64,000 nt of DNA from Chiloscyllium plagiosum (taxonomy: Eukaryota), in assembly GCF_004010195.1 (NCBI RefSeq), contig NC_057719.1, positions 56,059,297 to 56,123,296 on the forward strand. The letters are read 5' to 3'. The notes beneath the pieces were generated by a model. It saw only the letters and a list, made by a program, of their open reading frames with translations, was not told the origin of the DNA and made no database searches. The position numbers and the translations under genes are program-made. The first letter of the stretch is position 1, and each line of letters starts with the position of its first letter. This document shows positions 1-13,340 of the stretch, piece after piece.

Positions 1-2244
1 TGTCTTCCGCCTTCGCTGAAAGAGGCAAATATCTCTCTTATCCTTAAAAAAGGAAAGGACCCAGAAGATTGTACATCATACAGACCAATATCCTTGCTAA
101 ATGTAGATTTTAAAATCCTCTCTAAAACGTTAGCACTGAGATTAGAAAGGATACTGCCACATATTATAAAGGAGGATCAGACGGGGTTTATTAAGGGCCG
201 TAGATCATCCAATAATGTTAGAAGGGCTCTGAATATGATTCAAGCTTGTCATCAGGGAAAGATACCAGGAGTAGTGGTTTCATTAGATGCGGAAAAGGCA
301 TTTGATAGGGTCGAATGGTCATATTTGTTTTACACATTGGAAAGGGTTGGCGTTGGAAAGGTGTTTATCAAATGGGTCTCAACACTGTATAGTGATCGCA
401 AAGCAGTTGTGGTTACCAATGGATTAGGCTCGGATAGCTTCAGTGTGGGTAGTGGCTGCCGTCAGGGATGTCCCCTCTCTCCATTGTTATTTACGCTAAT
501 AATTGAACCACTTGCAGAAGCTATATGAGCTGATCCTAATAAAGCGGCCCTGAGGATTGGTACAGGTAAACATAAAATTACCCTTTATGCAGATGATGTT
601 CTTCTATTCCTCAGTAATCCTTTGATGTCCGTACCTCGCTTAATCCAAGTTATTAATACATTTAGTGCATTCTCAGGCTATAAAATTAATTTTTCAAAAT
701 CGGAGGCTATGCCAATGGGTGGCCTTGCTATGATACCCCGCTTAGCGGACGGATCCCTTTTTCCCTTTCACTGGTCCCTGGAGGGCTTCTTCTATTTAGG
801 CATTTTTATTACCCCAGTATTTGGTCAGTTGTATAAGGCTAATTTTGTGTATTTATTGGAAAGGATAAGGCAGGACCTCCAGCAATGGGGTGACCTGCCA
901 ATTTCCTGGTTGGGTAGAATAGCATTAATCAAAATGAATGTCCTGCCCCATCTCCTATATCCTATGAGAATGCTTCCGGTGATGATGCCGAGGACGGCTT
1001 TAGGTAAATTATATGGCGGCTGGGTTCCTTTATCTGGAATCATAGGCGGCCCCTCATTAAGCTGAAGAAGCTACAGCTTCCACAGGCAAAGGGTGGATTG
1101 GACTTCCCAGACTTTAGGAAATATCAGTTAAGTTCCCTATTAAGTTACATAGCTGATTGGGTCTTGTCTGATCCACAATCAATCTGGTTGGACATCGAGG
1201 CTTCTCAAGTAAAATACCCACTTATTAGCCTTTTATTCTCAGATAAGAGGAAAATCATTACAGATCACTGTAAAAACCCTATAATACTAAATACAATCAA
1301 GGCTTGGAATATAATGCGGCTAAATGAGGGCAATTCACATAAAACATCCCCCTATGCACTGATAGTGGGAGCATGGGGATTCCAACCGGGGTTAACAGAT
1401 GCCACTTTTAAACTCTGGAGATCCAGGGGTATCTCATGTCTCGGGGATATATTTAAAGATGGGGTCCTGATGTCTTTCGAACAGCTGCGTCAGAAATTCG
1501 GATTATTCAATGGAGACCTCTTTCGATACTTCCAAATTCGAGATTATATACAGAAGAAGACTACGTTATTAGATAGTCTTTATAAATCCGGGAGAGAATG
1601 TAGTGTCCTTCGACAAGTGGGGGTATCTTCCGTCAGTACTATTTATCATTTACTACATGATGAAGTATTGGGAGATATGGATAATCTGCTTAAAACATGG
1701 GATCAGGATCTGGGACTAGAAATCTCCACAGAAACGTGGAATGATATCTGGGAAAATGCTAGAAGAATTACTATTTGTAACAGAACCCAGGCTATCCAGC
1801 TGAAGATACTTCATAGCACCGGAAGACCGAATTATTTTATAAAATATGGCAGCCCTTTTTGAATTATATAAATACAGATATTTCGGCTATCCTAACAAGG
1901 GCTTTTATTTAATTGAGATTACAAACCTGGCTGGTCCGGGGCCCCTCGGGGGAGGAATCCCGCACGAATACGGGTTTTATTATATCTGATGCTAACACAT
2001 CCCGAGCATGTAAGAGACTTAAATATACACTCTGGTTAGTTGTAGGTTAGATTAGTAGATAGTTGACTTTTGTTTGTTTTTTTTTTCTTTTTTCGTTTTT
2101 TTTTTGTTTTGTTTTTTTTGTTAAATTTTGGCTATTGTATATTTGAGACAATTGTATATCAATGTTTATATCTGAGAGTTTTGTTTATTTTTGTAAACTT
2201 GAAAAAATGTTAAATTTCTAATAAAAATATCTATATAAAAAAAA
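1..2244 (+). mobile_element. L1-clade LINE, 3' part (RT and C-terminal ORF2, 3'UTR, polyA); runs off window start
   Basis: RT motifs DQTGFIKGR, SLDAEKAFDRVEW, GCRQGCPLSPLLF and LYADD (~583-597); SWLGRIALIKMNVLP; stop at 526-528 and frameshift near 1015; T-rich 3'UTR, AATAAA at 2220-2225, A-tail 2237-2244. Confidence 0.93.
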
Positions 2245-2875
2245 GGCAAACTATATGTTGGCATTCATTGTGAGAGGATTCAAGTACAGGAACACAAATG
2301 TCTTGCTGCAATTATACAAGGCTGCCGAGGCCACACCTGCAATATTGTGCGATTCTAGTCTCCTTATCTGAAGAAGGATGTTCCTACTATGGAGCGAGCA
2401 CAGCAAAGATTTATCAAGTTGATTTCTGCGATGGCAGGACTGATGTATGAAAAGAGATTGAGTATGTTAGGATTGTATTTGCTGGAGTTTAGAAAAATGA
2501 GGGGAGATGTTATAGAAATAGATGAAATTCTAACAGAACTAGATTAGTTAGATGCAGGAAGGATGCTCCCAATGGTAGGGGAGCCTAGATCCAGGGGTCT
2601 GGATAAACAGTAAACATTTTTGACCTGAGATGAGAAGAAATTTCTTCATCCAGAGAGGAAGAGTCTGTGAAAATCATTGCCACAGAAAGGGGTTGAGGCC
2701 AATGTTTTCAAGAAGGAAGTAGATATAGCACTGTTACTATAGGTACCAAAAGATTTGGGGAGGGTGGGATTCGGGTACTGAGCTCAATGATCAGCCAATG
2801 ATCATATTGAATGGCAGAGCAGACTCAAGGACTTGAATGGCCTACTCCTGCTCCTACCTTCTATGTTTCTTTGTA
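2245..2875 (+). mobile_element. CR1-clade LINE 3' fragment (the L1 appears inserted at its left edge)
   Basis: RPHLxYC-type coding remnant, CR1 3'UTR gaatggcctactcctgctcct and ttctatgtttct tail. Confidence 0.85.
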
Positions 2876-3489
2876 AACTTCTATACAATTTATAGTGTCT
2901 CATCTCGTGTTCTGTGTTGCTCACTCGAGAACCCAAATCCGTATTCTCTGATGAGGGATTACATTACTACATCACAGTTCCAGGACCCTCATAATACCTT
3001 AGCTGTTATGATCTGTTTAAGACTTACTTGATTGGTTAATTGGAGGATGGTGACACACATGACTAGCTTCATTTCTTTTGGGAGAAATGTATTAATTCTT
3101 TAAACTCATCTAACAACTTTGGGGTCCGTCATTCTCAATCTAAAATAGAGAGGAATTATCAGAGAGATATTCCTGATCTTGTAGGATTATAATCTAACAC
3201 AGATGAAAGAACTAATATTTACATTGAAAGGGAATGTTTGATCTGTGACATTTCTTCCTTGGTCCACATTTTCTTATTGGAGAGACACAAATTATTTAAT
3301 ACTCTATCATGAAATAAATCAAATGGAGAACAAATAGGCAGTGCAGAGTTTTGACAGGAGTCACAGCTTACATTTTTTTAAGATGTCATATTCTATCGGT
3401 ATTAAAATGATAAAGTGTAGAACACGCTGAATTACAGGCAAAAGTTCTTCAACTTAGTTTAAATTCTTAAACATTTGCAATGCGTGCTT

Positions 3490-4095
3490 CTACTGAGAAT
3501 TTGAAAATTGATGTAGGGATGCCTTGCTGCAGTTATACAGGACCTTGGTGAGGCCACACCTTGAGAATTGTGTGTGGTTATGGTCTCCCAGTCTGAGGAA
3601 GGACATTCTTGCTATTGAGGGAGTCCAGAAAAAGTCCGCCAGACCGATTCCCAGGATGGCAGGATTGACATATGAAAACACACTGGGTTGACTGGGCTGT
3701 ATTCACTGGAATTTAGAAGAATGAGGTGGGAATCTCACAGAAACATGTCCAATCCTGATGGGACTGGACAGGCTAGATGCAGGAAGAATGTTCCAGAAGT
3801 TGGGGAAGTCCAGAACTAGGGGTCACTTTCAAGAACAAGGGGTAAGCCATTCAGGACTGAGATGAGGACGGATTTCTTCACTCAGTGAGTTGCGAACCTG
3901 TGGAATTCTCTCCCACAGGAAGCTGTTGGGGCCAGTTCATTAGATATATTCAAGAGGAAGCTGGATGTGGCCTTTGCAGCTAAAGGGATCAAGGGGTATG
4001 GAGAGAAAGCGGGAATCGGATACTGAGATTGCATGATCAGCCATGATTATATTGAATGGTGGCCTATTCCTGCACCTATTTTCTATGTTTCTATG
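3490..4095 (+). mobile_element. CR1-clade LINE 3' fragment
   Basis: ttggtgaggccacac... coding remnant, cctattcctgcacctattttctatgtttctatg terminus. Confidence 0.88.
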
Positions 4096-4631
4096 ATGAA
4101 CGCATTGTTGAATGGTTACACACCTCAGTAATAAAAGGTTAGCACCATTAAACCCAGGTTGTACTTAAAAATGAAGTGTACTTTGTTTACAGAAGTGGCT
4201 GAAGTTGTGACACAGTAGTTGAAGACCAGAGAAAAATTAAGCAACATATGAATTGGGGCAGGGAACTACGGCTCCTTGAGCCTGATCTGGTTGTCTTTCA
4301 AATCCACTTTCCCACCCAATCTTGGATTTCACAGTGTAACGAGAATCAATTTGTATGCCCCTTGAAAATATTCAATATTCCCATCTCCACCTGCTTCTGA
4401 GGAAGAGAATCGTCTGTCACACAACCCTTTGAGAGAAATACTTTTTCTTATCTTTGTCCTAAAAGAGCGACCTTCATTTTTAAACAATGCACTCTCATTC
4501 TGGACTCAGGGAAACAAGATGAAACGTCATTTCCAAGTCCATCATCTCAAGACTATTCAGGATATTCTACACTTTAATCAAGTCACCATTCACTCTTCTA
4601 AACTCCACCGGAAACCAGCCCAATCTATCCA

Positions 4632-4815
4632 AAAACAGAAATTGCTGGAGAAACTCATCAGGTCTGGCGGAATCTGTGGAGAGCAAGCAAAGTTAACATT
4701 TCAGTTCAATCACCCTTCTTCAGAATGCTTCTGAAGATGCTGCCAAACATGCTGAGTTTCTCCAAATATTTCTGTTTTTATTTCACATTTCCTGCATCTG
4801 CATTTCTTTGTTTTC
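4632..4815. mobile_element. PLE-terminus fold-back insertion, degenerate, with internal deletion in the right arm
   Basis: Inverted arms aaaacagaaattgctggagaaactc / gagtttctccaaatatttctgtttt, centre tcttcagaa-tgc-ttctgaaga, imperfect TSD ccaatct(a/g)tcc. Confidence 0.7.
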
Positions 4816-5129
4816 TTCCAATCTGTCCCACATTTTCTCATAAGACAGCCATTCAGTCTAGATATCAACCTAATAAACCTTCTTTGAAGCACCTCTTATG
4901 CGTTTACATCCTTTCTTAAATATGGAGACCAAAACTGTACATTAGACTCCAGATGTGGTCTCAATATTACCCTGTATAACTGAAGCATAACATCTTTACT
5001 TGTATGTTCAATTCCTCTTGTAACAAAGGAAAGCATTCAATTAAATTTCTTAATTAATTGCTGTGGTTGCATGTGTCTTATAATCTTTTCAGCTGCGCAT
5101 TGCACTTCAGGTAGGTTATGTAGCATTGC

Positions 5130-5475
5130 AGAGGGGGTTTGGTTAGCTCAGTTATCCAGACAGCTAGTTCTTATGCATGAAACGTGGATTTTCCTGCTCC
5201 TCAGATGCTACCTGACCTGCTGTGCTTTTCCAGCACCACACTCTCACCTCTGGGCTCCAGCATCTGCAGTCCTCACTTTCTCCTAGCTAGTTTGTGATTC
5301 AGAGTGATGCCTACCATGTGGGTTCAATTCCTGAGGTTATCATGAAGGACTCTCCTTCTCAAACTTTCCCCTCATCTATGGCATGGTGACCCTCAAGTTA
5401 AACCACCAGCAGTCACCTCTCTTTCATGATAGAGCAGTCAAATGGTCTCTATGGACTGTGGTGACTTTACCTTGT
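5130..5475 (+). mobile_element. tRNA-derived SINE interrupted by a PLE 3'-end fragment
   Basis: A-box-like tagctcagtt, B-box ggttcaattcc; same family antisense at ~12660-12835. Confidence 0.65.
5170..5284 (+). mobile_element. PLE 3'-terminal fragment with 8-bp TSD
   Basis: Homologous to the PLE ends at 40365-40482 and 43695-43805; TSD agctagtt at 5162-5169 and 5285-5292. Confidence 0.8.
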
Positions 5476-5654
5476 ATACTAATATTTTGTTACTCATGCA
5501 TTAGAACACTGGGATCTATATACATCTTGGAATTCTGCAGTTGTTCTCTATTTAAGTACAACTCTTTTATTATGTTTTTTATCAAAGTGAACAATTTCAT
5601 ATCTTCCCACATTATACTCTATCTGTCTGATTTTTCCCCACTCATTCAACTTAT

Positions 5655-6010
5655 TTTTATTCATTCACTGGTTGAGGATATTGCTAGCTAGGCCAGCATT
5701 TATTGCCCATTCCTAATTGCCCAGACAGCAGTTATGAGTCAACCACATTGCTGTGTGTCTGGAGACACATCTAGGCCAGACTGGGTATGGATGGCAGATT
5801 TCCTTCCTTAAAGGACATTAATAAACTAGATGGGTTTTTCCAACAACTGGCAATGGTTTCATAGTCATTATTAGACTCTTAATTCCGAGATTTTTATGAA
5901 TTCAAATTCCACCATCTGCCATGGTGGGATTCAAACCCAGGTCCCCAGAACATTAGCTGACTTTTTGGATTAACAGCCCAGCGATAATTCAACTATGCTA
6001 TCACCTCCCC
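5655..6010 (-). mobile_element. tRNA-derived SINE with LINE-like tail
   Basis: Antisense B-box (gggattcaaaccc) and tail ggccagcatttattgccc; related copies at ~24630-24735 and 48205-48790. Confidence 0.7.
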
Positions 6011-6366
6011 TTTCCATATCCTTCTGCAACATCCTTATGCCCTTTTCACAACATACCTTGCTACCTATCTTTGTGTCATCTTCAGCTACCTTTTCTCCCT
6101 CAACATTGATGCAAATTGTAAAAAGACAAGGTCCCAGTACAGAATCAAATGGAATTCTACTTAAGACATCCTGCCAATCAGGGCAGGCCTTTGTGTTCAC
6201 ACTTTATTTCCTGCCAGCTAGCCAATTCCTATCATTGCCAACATGTTCCTGTTACACCATGAACTCCTACTTTGTGCAATTAACTTTTATGTGGCACCTT
6301 GTCAAATGCCTTCTGGAAATCCAAGTACAGTATTTCTACAAGCCACAATAATGAGCACTAGTGATC

Positions 6367-6560
6367 TTTGCTGCTGTACCAGATGCCTTGGTGTAGGAGG
6401 TGCACATCAGGAGTAAAGTCCTTTTCTGTCACAGTTCAGAAAGTCCTCCAGATCGATACTAAAAGGCAATAAAAAGGAGTAACCATTACAGCCAATACCC
6501 GTAGTCCAGCTCTGTGGACATGAATATACTGCTACAAGAAGTGCTATTACCTCCCACAAA
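6367..6560 (+). pseudogene. Decayed Myb/SANT-like exon, probably from a PIF/Harbinger transposon
   Basis: Frameshifted translation FAAVPDALV*EVHIRSKVLF...KRQ*KGVTITANTRSPALWT*IYCYKKCYYL fits the F...LV.EV..R..VLF...W..V...N..S...R.W.QC.KK..DL pattern, with Trp-to-stop changes. Confidence 0.45.
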
Positions 6561-6869
6561 TCACTGAATTATATGTCCTACCAACTGCACTATCAGCTGA
6601 AACACTTCTCCAGTCACCCTACTCACTTCTGTCACCCACCAATCATCTCCATCAATCACCACTCATGCCAAACACTCATAGCATTGCTTCACACACTTTG
6701 CACAGCTGTAAACCCCACACATAGAGCTCACAGCTTGTGCACATTGCCAGCCACTCAACTGAGGTAGTTACATCACCAAAACACAATCACTGGTGCGCTT
6801 CCTTGGTAAAACAAGATGTCCACAGGTGGAAGCAAAAGCAGCCAACTGCAGAATTCTTTGTGATGCTAA

Positions 6870-7830
6870 ATGCTTCTTCAGCTGTGCAGATTTAAAGATA
6901 GGGCATTAATTAGGACAGTGAAATCCAACATGTTTGCTCTTGCATTAAATGGACATTAGAGGCATACTGGTGTCATTATCTGTCTATCTTCAATACCCCC
7001 TAGTGCATCTATGTAATGTCCACACAAATTCCTTCACCAAGATGGCATTCAATGAGGCTTTGGGTAGCTGTTAGCTTTTTTATTTTTCTGTGACTGTGTC
7101 CAATTCAGCACATTTTCTGAATGTGACCCACTGTGTCACAGATAAAGCATGCACTTTGACAAATTGGGCATTGTCTGTGCCAATGAGGTTTCTTTGCTCC
7201 ATAGTACGGACATTTAGAGCTTGTTGTCTGCATTGGTTTCTCACCTGCGTCTTTTAGGGTTTTGCACTTTAAGAACTTAATGAATTCTGCTGATCTGCTG
7301 TAGTAAGGTGAAGCTTCCCATCTGAGATTTGATCTGTGCTGCTTCTGCATAATGGCTTCATTCAACATCTGAATGGCTTTGCTTGGAGCCTTTTTTCTAC
7401 TGTAAATCTGAAAAAGACTTAGCAGTAGTTCCAACAGTAGTTCAGACATTTATGAATTCTGATCTTAAATCACCAGTCTCATTTATCTACTAACCTATCA
7501 CTAACTAAATTATTAATTCCCCTGATTGCTGCATTCATCTTTTCAATCTTGTTCTTTTCAGAATTTTGTTTGTTGTGAAGTTAAAGTAATTGTTAAAGGC
7601 TTTCAGCACTTCTTCAAAAGCTTCTTTTACACTTTGTTGATCTCTAACATCACCAGCTATATTCCTAATAACATATAGAAGTATCTTTTTTACATTCTGA
7701 TATTATATAAATTTGCAAATTATTCTGTTTCCTAAGATGTTTCTTTCCATTGATTAATTTTGTGCTCTATAGTAGACCAGATCTGAAATTAAATCTTCCT
7801 AGCAAATTATCTCTGAAACCATGTCATCCT
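6870..7830 (-). mobile_element. Decayed Ty3/Gypsy gag remnant
   Basis: ORF 7105-7449 ends CPICQSACFICDTVGHIQKMC, a CX2CX4HX4C zinc knuckle in a gag-like context. Confidence 0.65.
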
Positions 7831-8399
7831 TATTTTCCTTGCTTAAAAATCTTTTCTTTCACAGTAATAGCAGTGATGTTGCCCTGTGCTGTTGCAATGG
7901 ATGGTTTTCCTGACTTGCACACAAAATGGAAGATTCCCAACCTCATCCAGCTAAATGGAGGATTCCTGCCTCTTGCTGCAGAAAGGATTCTCCCTTTTCT
8001 CATGAATTCACTGCTATGTATCCCGCTGTTTGGGGCCTAAGTAAGTGATTCCCGTTTCCTTAAATGCTTTAGGAAATGAATGCACTATCTGTGGTTTTAA
8101 TAAACAATGCCCTCTTTAATCACTAGTTTACTAAATGACTCCTATTATTTACATATCTAATAATCACCCTTAGTATTTTCCCAGGTTTCTACTGAAATGA
8201 TTCCCATACTTTAAATAAATGCTTTCTGTCATTAATACAGTTTTAATGAAAGATCTGCTGTCTTTTCTACAACCTTAGCAAAGTCCCCTAACATTTGTTT
8301 TCCATTAGACCATTCTGCTTCGGGTTCCAATCTGCCTTTTGTTGCGATGCAGGCATATCCTTCACAACCATATGACCGTAGTGGTCAGAAGTGAGTAGC

Positions 8400-9410
8400 C
8401 ACCTCTGCTGTAAAAAGATGCAAAGGCTCTGTTTCCACTGTCTTTTGAGAAAGATGTTTAAAGTATTCAAGACCCTCCGTGAGAAGAAAACCTCCACTTC
8501 TACATCTTAGATGGGCAGCCCCTTACTTTTAAAATGGACTCCTTTTTCTAGATTTTTCCACAAGGGGAAATATTCTTTCCACATCCACCCTGTCAAGACC
8601 CCTCAGGATCTCATGTGATTCACCCAAATTGCCTCTTACTCTTTTAAATATTATTGCGTACAAACCTAGCCTATCCAAATTTTTGTCATCAGAACACATT
8701 ATCATTCCAGGTATTAGTATTCTCTTCACTGCTTCCAACACATTTACATCCTTCTTTCAGTAAGGTGACTAATACTATACACAGTACTCTATAGGTGGTC
8801 TCACCAATGTCAGTATAACTGAAGCAAAGCCTCCCTACTATTGTATTCAATACCTTTCACAATAAACAATAATATTCTATTAGCTTTCTTAATTACCTTT
8901 TGCAGTCTTGGACATCCGGATCCCTCTGCATCTCAGAGTTCTGAAATCTCTCACCATTTAGCTATTTTTGTTTTATTCTTCCTAACACAGTGGACAATTT
9001 CACATTTTACCACATTATATTCCATTTTCCCATTCATTTAACCACGTACAAATCCTTTGTAGCCTCCTTGATTCTTATTCACAATCTAAATTTCTATGTG
9101 TCAATGCATAGTCAGCTAATTTAGCAACTATACCTTCTGTCCTATTATCCAATCATTAATACAGATTGTAAAACGTTGAACCCTTAGGACGCTACTCATT
9201 AGATCTTGCCAGGAAAGGACCTCTTTCTGCAAACTGTCAGTTTCCTCTCAGATAACCAATCTTCTATCTATTCCAAAATGTAGCCTATACACCATGAGCC
9301 TGTATATTTCAAATATCTTTGACAAGGTACCTCATTTGATACCTTCCAGAAAGCTAAGTAAAGCGCATTCAACTAACCCCATTTATCCACAGCATATATT
9401 ATGTGAAATC
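8400..9410 (-). mobile_element. CR1 LINE RT/3' fragment
   Basis: LDRLGLY...RVRGNL...LRGLDRVDVERIFPLV; FFSRRVLNTLN. Confidence 0.8.
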
Positions 9411-9604
9411 AAATGAAGCTTTACAACTGTTTTGAGGGTAGCAAAATGGCCACAGGACTTGTGAAGTCTCAAACTATGCAGTTAGAAAACAATATTCTCT
9501 AACACATGAAGGCAGTCTCAGACCTTTGACATAGACAGAAGATTTAGATAATATGAACAGTATCTCATCTCCATTGAAAGAAACTAACTGTATTCAAGAC
9601 AAGA

Positions 9605-10210
9605 ATCATAATCATAGAGTATTACAGCATGGAGAGAGGACCTTCATGTCTGTATGGGTCATCAAGCACGCATCTATTCTAATCCGATTTCCCAATAATG
9701 TGGCCTGTAGCCTTGTCAGCTAGGTCCTTTCAAGTGCTTACCTAAATACTTCTTAAATACTGTGGTGGCTCCTACTACTACTACCCTTTCAGGCAGTGAG
9801 TTCAAAGATATCTACTATCTCCTAGATGAAAAAGGTTTCCTTAAATCCCACTAAACCTTCTGCCCCTTACCTGTATTTCTCACCCTATCTAAGCTCCCTA
9901 TGATCTACCTGTACTGCTCACAAAACAAAGTTTTTCACTGTACTTAGGTATAGATGAGTACAATAAAATCAAATCTTTCAAATTTTAAATCAATGCCCTC
10001 TGGTTATTGACACCTTCACAAAGGGGAAACATTTCTTCCTCTCTACCCTATCCATGCCTCTCATAATTTTGTATACCTTGGTCAGGTCACCCTTCAACAT
10101 TTTCTCCTCTCAAGAAAATAACCCCAGAATATCTAGTCTTTCTTCATGACTGAAACCTTCCAGCACCCTCCTCCCCTACACCCTCTCCAATGCAATCACA
10201 TTCTTCTTTA
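9605..10210 (-). mobile_element. CR1 LINE 3' fragment containing a short Rex1/Babar-type tail (+, ~9870-9975)
   Basis: gaatcataatcatagag tail; internal aaagtttttcactgtacttaggta...aataaaatcaaatc matches the antisense tail at 59270-59330. Confidence 0.7.
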
Positions 10211-10774
10211 TAGGAACAGTTCTGCAGAAAAATCATACAGGACTTGAAGTATTAGCTCTGTTTTTCATTCCACAAATGCTGCCAGACCAGCTGAGTATCT
10301 CCAGCAATTTCCATTCTTATTTCAGATTTCCAGCATCTTCAATGTTTTTCTTTTATCCAAGGAGGATAGGACCTTAACTCCACACGAGAATTGCCAATAT
10401 TGAAAATTCTGAGATTCTTAATCTGTGGATATGTGAGCTGAAGTCCATAATTGTATCTCATCAGCAAGCCATGTAGGAACTCAACTCTTCTTTTAGAAAA
10501 ATACAGCGGCCCAAACCACAAACCCTTGAAGCTCAGAAGTAACAAAGAAAATTTAAAGTTGGGCATCAAATGGAATTTGTACTGTTAAAATTATGCAAAA
10601 TTCGTCAAGCCTAGTTATCCAAAAAAGACTGATGTCTAAACTATCAGTTATTAGTAGTCACACAGAGTATCAAGCAACAGAGAGGAAGCCACACATTAGG
10701 AATAGTACAAAAACAAATGAACACAAAACAGTAAAGGACTGTCCAAATGCTAATCTGGAGCTAAAGAGATTAAG

Positions 10775-11330
10775 ACCATGAGGCCATAAAGTATAGGAGC
10801 AGAGCTAAACTATTTGGCCAATTGAGTCTGCTCCACCATTCAATCATGGCTGTAATGTTTCTCAACTTCATTCTCCTGCCTTCTCCCTGTAACCCTTGAT
10901 CCCCCTAGCAATGAAGAACATAATTACACTCAATGACTTTGTCACGGCTCTCTCCAGCAATGAGTCCCATGGATTAACCACCTTCCAGCTGAAGAAATTC
11001 TTCCTCATCTCAGTTCTAATAGATGTCCCTTTACTCTGAGGCTGTGCCCTCAGGTACTAGTTTCTCCTACTCGGGGAAACATCTTCTCTACATGAACTCT
11101 ATCCAGACCTCTCAGAATTCTCTAAGATTCATTCAGATATCCCCATCCTTCTAAACTCCATCACGTACAGACCCAGAGTCCTCAACTATTCCTCATATGA
11201 CAAGACCTTCATCCCAGGATCATTGTTGTAAACCTTCTCTGAATCCCCTCCAATGCCAGCACATCCTTTCTTAGAATATGGGCCCAAAACTGCTCATAAT
11301 ATGCCAAATGCCACACGCATTCTGACCAGA
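10775..11330 (-). mobile_element. CR1 LINE 3' fragment
   Basis: Antisense CR1 3'UTR (ataggagcagag...gagtctgctccaccattcaatcatggct) and coding remnant. Confidence 0.8.
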
Positions 11331-12309
11331 ACATTGGTGGAAAATGTAGCCACAGAGTACATATCTGAAGTAGTATTGAAACACAATGTCAATGTCACTA
11401 TTTTGGAGAACTATCTGAGGCTAATATAAATTTTCAATCAAACCTGAACCCAAGAATACTATAGACGAACTTCCTATAAGTCCTAATTTTGAACTAAGTG
11501 TCTAATGTCCTTAAATCATCAGATATATTCAATTGTAGATGATGGTGAACTCCTTTTGGTTGGCATTCCTGAAATGACATAGTCTGCAAAGGAGAAGCCT
11601 CAAGCTGCAGAGACTGGATGCAGTACCACGACCTGCAAAAAGAGAAATTCTGACCCTGGGAACAGTAGGGAGATTTTCATTACTTCATTTTCAAAATATG
11701 CTTCAAAATAGTCTTTGTTCTTCTTTCCATCTACCTGTTACAATCCTGGATGAGGAGTTGAATGGTTGTTTAATTGTTGCACGCAGTAGGTAGCTGGGAA
11801 GTTGTTTGAAGGAGTTGAAAACTAGTGCCTCATCTTTCTCCACTTTCCCAAATGTGCAGAGGAGAAAAACCAAAGGCAGAAGTAAATTAAAATTTCAGTT
11901 GGTTGTGATGATGTACTTCATCAAATGTCTTATTAAAATACAAGTAAAATACACGCACCAGTTCTTTTTTATCCACAGCTCCTGTTATTTCTTCAAAGAA
12001 CACTAAAAATTGCTTAAACATGACATCCCTTCACAAATGCATGTTGACACCACCTGATTACCTTGAATGCATCTATATGCCCTGCTTTGATGTCTTTAAG
12101 GATGACTTCTAGCAATTTCCCTGTGCTGGGAACGCTGTTCGTGATTAATGAGATTAAAAGGATTTAAGAAGGGGTAAGTGGAAATAGGATGACAAAATAG
12201 TTTATGAGATATTGTGAAAAACTTTAAGGGGAGATGCAGTATGTGGGATTAATAACTATATGCAAATAGCTACACTGCATCATCAGTGAATTGTGATGAT
12301 GTTGGGTCA

Positions 12310-13340
12310 CATGGAATTGATCAAGGTTTGCTTCATTAAGGGGAAATCATGCCTGACAAACTTATTACAATTCTTAGTGGCGGTAACAATAAGGAGATAA
12401 GGGGAAAGTAGTAGATGTAATATATTTAGATTTCTGGAAGATATTTGATAAGGCATTACACCATTTAGTAAGATAACAGTCCATGGGGTTAGAGGTAGTA
12501 TGGTAGCATGGATAGAGGACTAGCTTACTAATAATAAACAAAGAGCTGGGATAAGGGGGCATTTTGAAGTTGGCTACTTGTAAATAGTGGACTGCCACAG
12601 GGATCAATGCTGGTGATACAATTATTTACAATAAAAAATAAAGTTACCATATTCCTACATGACAATATCTCATTAGAGAGAGGCAAGTGGTTTAACCTGA
12701 TGACTACCATGCCCAGGCAAGGTGAAAAGTTGACAAGGAGAATCCTTCAGCCATGTTGGGAATCGAAGACATCCTGTTAGTGTTATTCCACATTGCAGAC
12801 CAACCATCTAGGCAAGGGAGTTAACTCGGGCCCTTGACTAAGGAAAGATATAATGGCATTGGAGACAGTCCAGAGAAAATTCATGGGGCTGACTTTGGGT
12901 GTGGAGGGACTAACTTATGAGGAAAGGTTGAATAGGTTGGACCTATAAGTTATACTAATTACAGTTTAGAAAAATAAGATGCAAACTTATTGAAGCAGTA
13001 AAGATTCTTAGGGGACTTGAAAGGATAATGCAAAAGGTTGTTTCCCATTTTGGGAGAGTTCACAGTGAGAGCACATAATCTCAGAATAAGGCAAGTTAAG
13101 ACTGAGGTGAGCGGAATTTCTTCTTTCAAAGTGTAGCAAATTCATGGAATTCTTTGTCATACAGGGTTTTAGAGTTTGAGTCATTAAGTATATTCATGGC
13201 CGAGATAGATTTTAAATCAGTGAAGGAATCAAGAGTTATGGGGAAAAGGCAGGAAAGTGGAGTTGAGGATCATCAGATCAGTCATGATTTCATTCAAAGG
13301 GCTGAATGGTCTATTTCTGCTGCTACATCTTATGGTCTTA
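12310..13340 (+). mobile_element. CR1 LINE RT/3' fragment with antisense SINE insert (~12660-12835)
   Basis: gggaaatcatgcctgacaaac (GKSCLTN), YLDF.K.FDK, PQGSML, 3' tail tcttatggtctta. Confidence 0.8.

Larger units (their letters stand above)
4240..6340 (-). mobile_element. Old CR1 LINE, fragmented and interrupted by a PLE hairpin and two SINEs
   Basis: Antisense CR1 motifs (MLQRRFIRLI, VLGPCLFTI, gtcaaatgccttctggaaatccaagta = YLDFQKAFD). Confidence 0.7.

Noticed and set aside
8288..8497. Integrase-like NPKQNGLME motif
   Set aside because: It is too short, there is no DDE context, and the first half of the ORF is CR1 sequence.
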